From Deltaproteobacteria bacterium (GTDB lineage: Bacteria; Desulfobacterota; JAFDED01), in the NCBI GenBank assembly GCA_019310535.1, contig JAFDED010000013.1:3346-67345 (forward strand): a DNA stretch of 64,000 nt, written 5' to 3'. Position 1 is the stretch's first letter. Every line of letters begins with the position of its first letter. A model generated the notes under the pieces. The model ran no database searches. It had not been told where the DNA came from and worked only from the letters and a program-made list of their open reading frames with translations. The translations under genes were made by a program, and so were the position numbers. Positions 60,271 through 64,000 of this stretch are shown here, in pieces.

Positions 60271-61245
60271 GTGGACTTGAGCGGCCTGCTGGCATATATA
60301 ACATCCTTTTTGATCATGGGAGGAATATATGCTGTTTTTGCTTTGGGCTTGAATATGCAATGGGGTTACACAGGGCTTTTCAATATAGGCATTGCCGGCT
60401 TTTTTGCCATCGGTGCCTACAGTTCCGCGTTGATTACAGCACAAATGCCCACGGGATTATATGCTCACTATGTCAAGCAAATCATCGGGCTCAACCTTCC
60501 ATTCATCTTCGGGGTACTGGGAGCGGCCGCTGTCTGCGGTGTCATAGCATACCTGATAGGCAAACCCACCTTAAAACTTCGGGAAGATTATCTGGCTATA
60601 GCCACCATAGGAATAGCCGAAACAGTGCGCCTCATATTCAACAATGAACGATGGCTCGCCAATGGGCCCAGAGGATTGATGGGAATTCCCCAGCCTCTCT
60701 CCGGACTGGTCTCACCCCAACACTACAATTATTTATATTTGATAATTGTGATAGCCTTTGTAATTGTAATATATATTTCCATTGAACGTGCCGTAAGGTC
60801 ACCATGGGGAAGGGTGCTGAAGGCTATACGAGAGGATGAAATTTCCACAGCCATGATGGGCAAAGATATCTCGTCGTTTAAAATGCAATCCCTGGTTTTC
60901 GGCTCAATGATTATGGGGATCGGGGGGGCTTTATACGCGCATTACACTCGTGCAATCTCCCCCGGTGTCTTCGAGCCCCTTTACGGGACGTTCATAATAT
61001 GGGTCATGCTCATGGCTGGAGGAAGCGGCAACAACAAAGGGGCTATTTTTGGCGCTTTTATGATCTGGGGATTGTGGATAGGCTCCAAGTTCCTCACCGA
61101 TTTGTTGCCTTATACAATCAAACCGAGAGCTCCTTACATCAGGTTTTTATTGGTTGGCATTCTTTTGGAATTGATCTTACTTTACAGGCCTCAGGGAATT
61201 CTGGGTGAGGAAAAAGTAGTATCAAAGCACCTGGAAGATAATTAA
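60271..61245 (+). CDS. livM: branched-chain amino acid ABC transporter permease (LivM-type)
   Basis: Multi-TM protein with the GYTGLFNIGIAGFFAIGAY motif typical of LivM. Confidence 0.88.
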   Translation: MDLSGLLAYITSFLIMGGIYAVFALGLNMQWGYTGLFNIGIAGFFAIGAYSSALITAQMPTGLYAHYVKQIIGLNLPFIFGVLGAAAVCGVIAYLIGKPTLKLREDYLAIATIGIAETVRLIFNNERWLANGPRGLMGIPQPLSGLVSPQHYNYLYLIIVIAFVIVIYISIERAVRSPWGRVLKAIREDEISTAMMGKDISSFKMQSLVFGSMIMGIGGALYAHYTRAISPGVFEPLYGTFIIWVMLMAGGSGNNKGAIFGAFMIWGLWIGSKFLTDLLPYTIKPRAPYIRFLLVGILLELILLYRPQGILGEEKVVSKHLEDN

Positions 61246-61250
61246 TAAAG

Positions 61251-61386
61251 ATAGGTTGCGAGTTACGCGTTGCGGATTTAGTGTTACCGGTCTGAAGAAC
61301 GTTTCAGGTTGCCGGTGAGCGGGATAGGGTTTGCAATACTATACGCAGTCCAAATCTCAACGCGTAACTTGCAACCCGTAACCTAT
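61251..61386. repeat. long imperfect inverted repeat / structured element between convergent genes
   Basis: GGTTGCGAGTTACGCGTTG (61254-61272) pairs with CAACGCGTAACTTGCAACC (61358-61376) at 18 of 19 positions. The outer ATAGGTT/AACCTAT ends also match. The 85-nt spacer contains a nested hairpin (ACCGGTCTGAA...TTCAGGTTGCCGGT). Confidence 0.7.
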
Positions 61387-61418
61387 TTCGAATTTTCTGC
61401 TTTATGATGGTATTGACT

Positions 61419-62648
61419 TTATTCCTTGGGAATCTCGAACTCCATTCTCACCGTGACCATATCGCCATTATGATATTTCCAGACCTCTATGGGAGTTATC
61501 ACGTCTCCATTTTTATCAAAATCCACTGATCCCGCAGCTCCTTCATAATTTATATCCTTTCCCTGCTTGATCAATTCCGCCGCTTTTTTGAATTCTCCCG
61601 GCCTAATCACCTCACCTGGCGGATTGGCAATCGTTCTCAAATTATCCCGTATGCTCAGGGAGGTTATTGGCTGTCCTTTGGCTTGAGCTTTTAATATGGC
61701 TAGGCCGATTACTGACATAGCATCATATGCATTGGTCACAAAGGGGAATTTGGGGAAAGAGCCGTAAGCCTTGGCATATTCCGCCAGGAAAGCATCATAT
61801 GATGGATTGAGGGCGGAACCCGGAGCGGTTCCATACAATCCTTCAACATTTTCTGCGCCCACAACTTCTACATTCTTTATGGATTTAGTGCCATCGCAAA
61901 ACAGAAAATTATTGAATTTGAATAACTCGATAGCCTCTTTGAGATAAATAGTTGAATGCCCCGGGTAGCTAAAGGCCCCTATCGTATCGGGCTTGCCCGC
62001 CAATGCCTTTTTTAGCTCTGCAGTGTATGTGGGGGCAGCCTTCTCGTCATGAGGAACCATGGCAAGGACTTTTCCACCCCTGGCTTCAAAAGATTTTTTG
62101 AACTGTTCTGCAAGCCCCTGCCCATAAGGATTGTTTACATAAAGAGTGGATGCTTTTTTATAACCTAAATCCGCCGCCAGTTTACCTGATATCACGCCTT
62201 GAAGAGCATCGGACGGGCATGTTCTGAAGAGCAGGTCCTTGTCTTTATCGGCAGGTAAAACCGTTATCATTGGAGAGGTGGAAGCATTGGATATTTGCAA
62301 AACGCTGTTGGGCAGCGTGACGGATTCGGCCACTGGTATGGTCACTCCACTGGCAAGGGCGCCCACGATGGCTACTACTTTATTTATCTCCACCAGCTTT
62401 TTTGCCGCGTTGGTGCCGGGTATAGCAGATGTTTCGCTGTCTTCATGTATCAATGTAAGTTTCAACCCGGCAGCCTCCAGATGCTTTGCAGCCAGTTCAG
62501 CGCCATTTTTATGGTGGGGCCCAAACTCCGCCAAAGGTCCGGTATGAGCGAATAAAGTGCCAACCTTTATCTCCGCCGCCGGAACTGGTGAAAAAGAGAA
62601 AACAATTGCAATGCCCAAGGCCAATACAAAAAATGTGAGCTTTTTCAT
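61419..62648 (-). CDS. ABC transporter substrate-binding protein, Leu/Ile/Val-binding (PBP1) family
   Basis: Signal peptide, then a PBP1 pattern (IKVGTLFAHTGPLAEFG...). 409 aa. Convergent with livGFHM. Confidence 0.9.
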   Translation of the reverse strand: MKKLTFFVLALGIAIVFSFSPVPAAEIKVGTLFAHTGPLAEFGPHHKNGAELAAKHLEAAGLKLTLIHEDSETSAIPGTNAAKKLVEINKVVAIVGALASGVTIPVAESVTLPNSVLQISNASTSPMITVLPADKDKDLLFRTCPSDALQGVISGKLAADLGYKKASTLYVNNPYGQGLAEQFKKSFEARGGKVLAMVPHDEKAAPTYTAELKKALAGKPDTIGAFSYPGHSTIYLKEAIELFKFNNFLFCDGTKSIKNVEVVGAENVEGLYGTAPGSALNPSYDAFLAEYAKAYGSFPKFPFVTNAYDAMSVIGLAILKAQAKGQPITSLSIRDNLRTIANPPGEVIRPGEFKKAAELIKQGKDINYEGAAGSVDFDKNGDVITPIEVWKYHNGDMVTVRMEFEIPKE

Positions 62649-62719
62649 GGTTGCCTCCTTTTTCTTTTTTTGCTGGCATAAATATCGATTTTTGGGCCTT
62701 AATGGACTTCTCTATTTAT

Positions 62720-63190
62720 GACACGTAACACATTAAAGGCATACTACGAACTCAATGCCATAGTGTCAAGTAATTTTCTTATATCAGGAGTCACCCCGAA
62801 ATTTTCAAAGGAAAAAGTGGTAATTGCGGATCCGGGGGATCACCTCCCACTCAGGGGTGGAGTAACGGAGCCCATGGGTGGCCCGGACAATTTATTGTCC
62901 GGGTTGCGCACATTCAAGAAGTCATGGCGAAACGCCGGGTGCTGTTGCTTCGTCTATCATCAGGATTGCCCGGATATTTCTCCTGCAGGCCGGCAGAACA
63001 AGGATTTTGCGCGGGCAGCCTCCTGTCGCTTTGCGACCCTGACGACAATCAATAAGGGACAGAGTTTATCTTTGCACGAAAGGATAAGCCTAGGGCAGGT
63101 TTGTATCCCTCTTCTGCAACAAAATCGCCCGGATCAGCGGGATGGGCGATGTCCACCATGCAGAGCAGGCGGGTTATTTCAGCCATGAGG
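62720..63190 (-). pseudogene. decayed ABC-transporter ATPase fragment (frameshifted, with stops)
   Basis: Minus-strand translations in two frames give ...ALGLSFRAKINSVPY*LSSGSQSDRRL... (a signature-like LSGGQ) and ...RNIRAILMIDEATAPG... (Walker B-like), about 25 codons apart in the expected order. They are broken by stops and frameshifts. No intact ORF. Confidence 0.35.
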
Positions 63191-63324
63191 AGTCATGCTT
63201 GGCAAAGCCGACTCTCCGAAATCGGAAGTTGCGGCATGCAGTCCCTGTCGTGATGTAACACAGGCGACCCGCCCGAGTTATTACGGCATGGACGGCCTTG
63301 CAGCGGCTCTGTTGGCAACGTGTC

Positions 63325-63352
63325 TTGACATTGTTGCAAGAGGAGTTATAGT
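63325..63352 (+). promoter_or_regulatory. candidate sigma-70 promoter
   Basis: TTGACA - 16 nt - TATAGT, about 110 nt upstream of the zinc-ribbon gene. Confidence 0.4.
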
Positions 63353-63462
63353 TATATAAAGGAAGTTATATCCTCGACAGCTAAACTGGAAGTGAAAAAC
63401 TGTCAGTATGCCGGTGAATGGCGAGAAAGGGAATATCTTGGAAGTTAAGGGAGACCGTTTAA

Positions 63463-63672
63463 ATGCCTATTTATGAGTATCAATGTTCGCAGTGTGGTAA
63501 GATCTTTGAAAAACTGATCATGAGTGGTGGTTCCGCTGCAAGTGTCCATTGCGATGGCTGCGGAAGCAGTGAGGTGCATCGTATGATGTCCAGATTCAGC
63601 GCAAGCAGCGGCCAGGGTGGAAGCGGAGGGGAAGGAGCATCATGTGCGCCCAGCCCGAGCCGGTTTACCTGA
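63463..63672 (+). CDS. FmdB-family zinc-ribbon protein (CxxC_CxxC_SSSS type)
   Basis: MPIYEYQCSQCG...HCDGCGS with a Ser/Gly-rich tail. Preceded by an AAGGGAG RBS. Confidence 0.8.
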   Translation: MPIYEYQCSQCGKIFEKLIMSGGSAASVHCDGCGSSEVHRMMSRFSASSGQGGSGGEGASCAPSPSRFT

Positions 63673-64000
63673 GCCCGCTAGCTACATGACGATCGGTGAT
63701 CGCCAGCGCTTTCTCCATCCTGTAATACCATCAATTCCCCCCTTCAGCCCTTGTGCATAATTGCAAGGGATTGGCACGTTGCAAATCATGTTATATACTA
63801 TAAATAAGAGCCTTTCCGCGGCTCCTGAGGGTGGCTATATCAGGAATGCGGCATATTATTAATGAATGCACACGCCAAAAGATAGCGGTATAGATAGCGG
63901 TATAACGATGAGAGGGTTTTCAGAAGATGTACGTTGTGCAGTTCATCGTAAGAAACAAATAGCTATTAAGACAAGAAACACTTCAGAGGCAACGGCCGCC

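Noticed and set aside
62718-63188. 156-aa plus-strand ORF in the gap after the binding-protein gene.
   Set aside because: The composition is Cys/Arg/Gly-rich, with no RBS and no motifs. The opposite strand carries ABC-ATPase-like remnants, so this is more likely an accidental open frame over a pseudogene.
63881-63904. Perfect tandem duplication GATAGCGGTATA x2.
   Set aside because: There are only two copies totalling 24 nt, at the window edge with no gene context. This is too little to interpret.

Overview
This is a 64-kb chromosomal segment from a moderately GC-rich bacterium. Gene content (multiheme c-type cytochromes, an in-frame-TGA selenoprotein candidate, GH57, an FHA-CpaF fusion) suggests an anaerobic Desulfobacterota/Deltaproteobacteria-like organism; that is inference only. 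I support about 50 protein-coding genes and found no rRNA, tRNA, CRISPR array or intact mobile element. Most genes are housekeeping: trxA, radA, ligA, prfB (with its programmed +1 frameshift), lnt, corC, phoH, a pgpH-like gene, ybeY, dnaJ, rpoH, surE, rnc, era, der, dnaK, grpE, gdh and a liv-type ABC transporter. The main candidate for a new system is a translationally coupled three-gene operon at 5487-10301 (minus strand). It encodes a 238-aa protein of unknown function, a 705-aa P-loop ATPase, and a 665-aa fusion of a Cas4/RecB-like Fe-S nuclease to an FtsK/SpoIIIE-type DNA-translocase motor. Its first two genes are visibly AT-richer than the flanking genes, and I cannot assign the trio to any named defence system from memory. 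Other notable observations: (1) a rhodanese whose active-site Cys codon is an in-frame TGA (probable selenocysteine), fused to a diiron ferritin-like domain and preceded by an FAD-dependent oxidoreductase; (2) an orphan FHA / acidic linker / CpaF-type ATPase in which the conserved catalytic Glu and the TGH box are replaced; (3) an operon pairing a NapC/NirT-anchored 18-heme-motif cytochrome with an octaheme cytochrome; (4) a dispersed small GC-hairpin repeat family; (5) a long inverted repeat between convergent liv genes; (6) a decayed ABC-ATPase pseudogene. All calls come from reading the sequence and ORF translations, with no database search.
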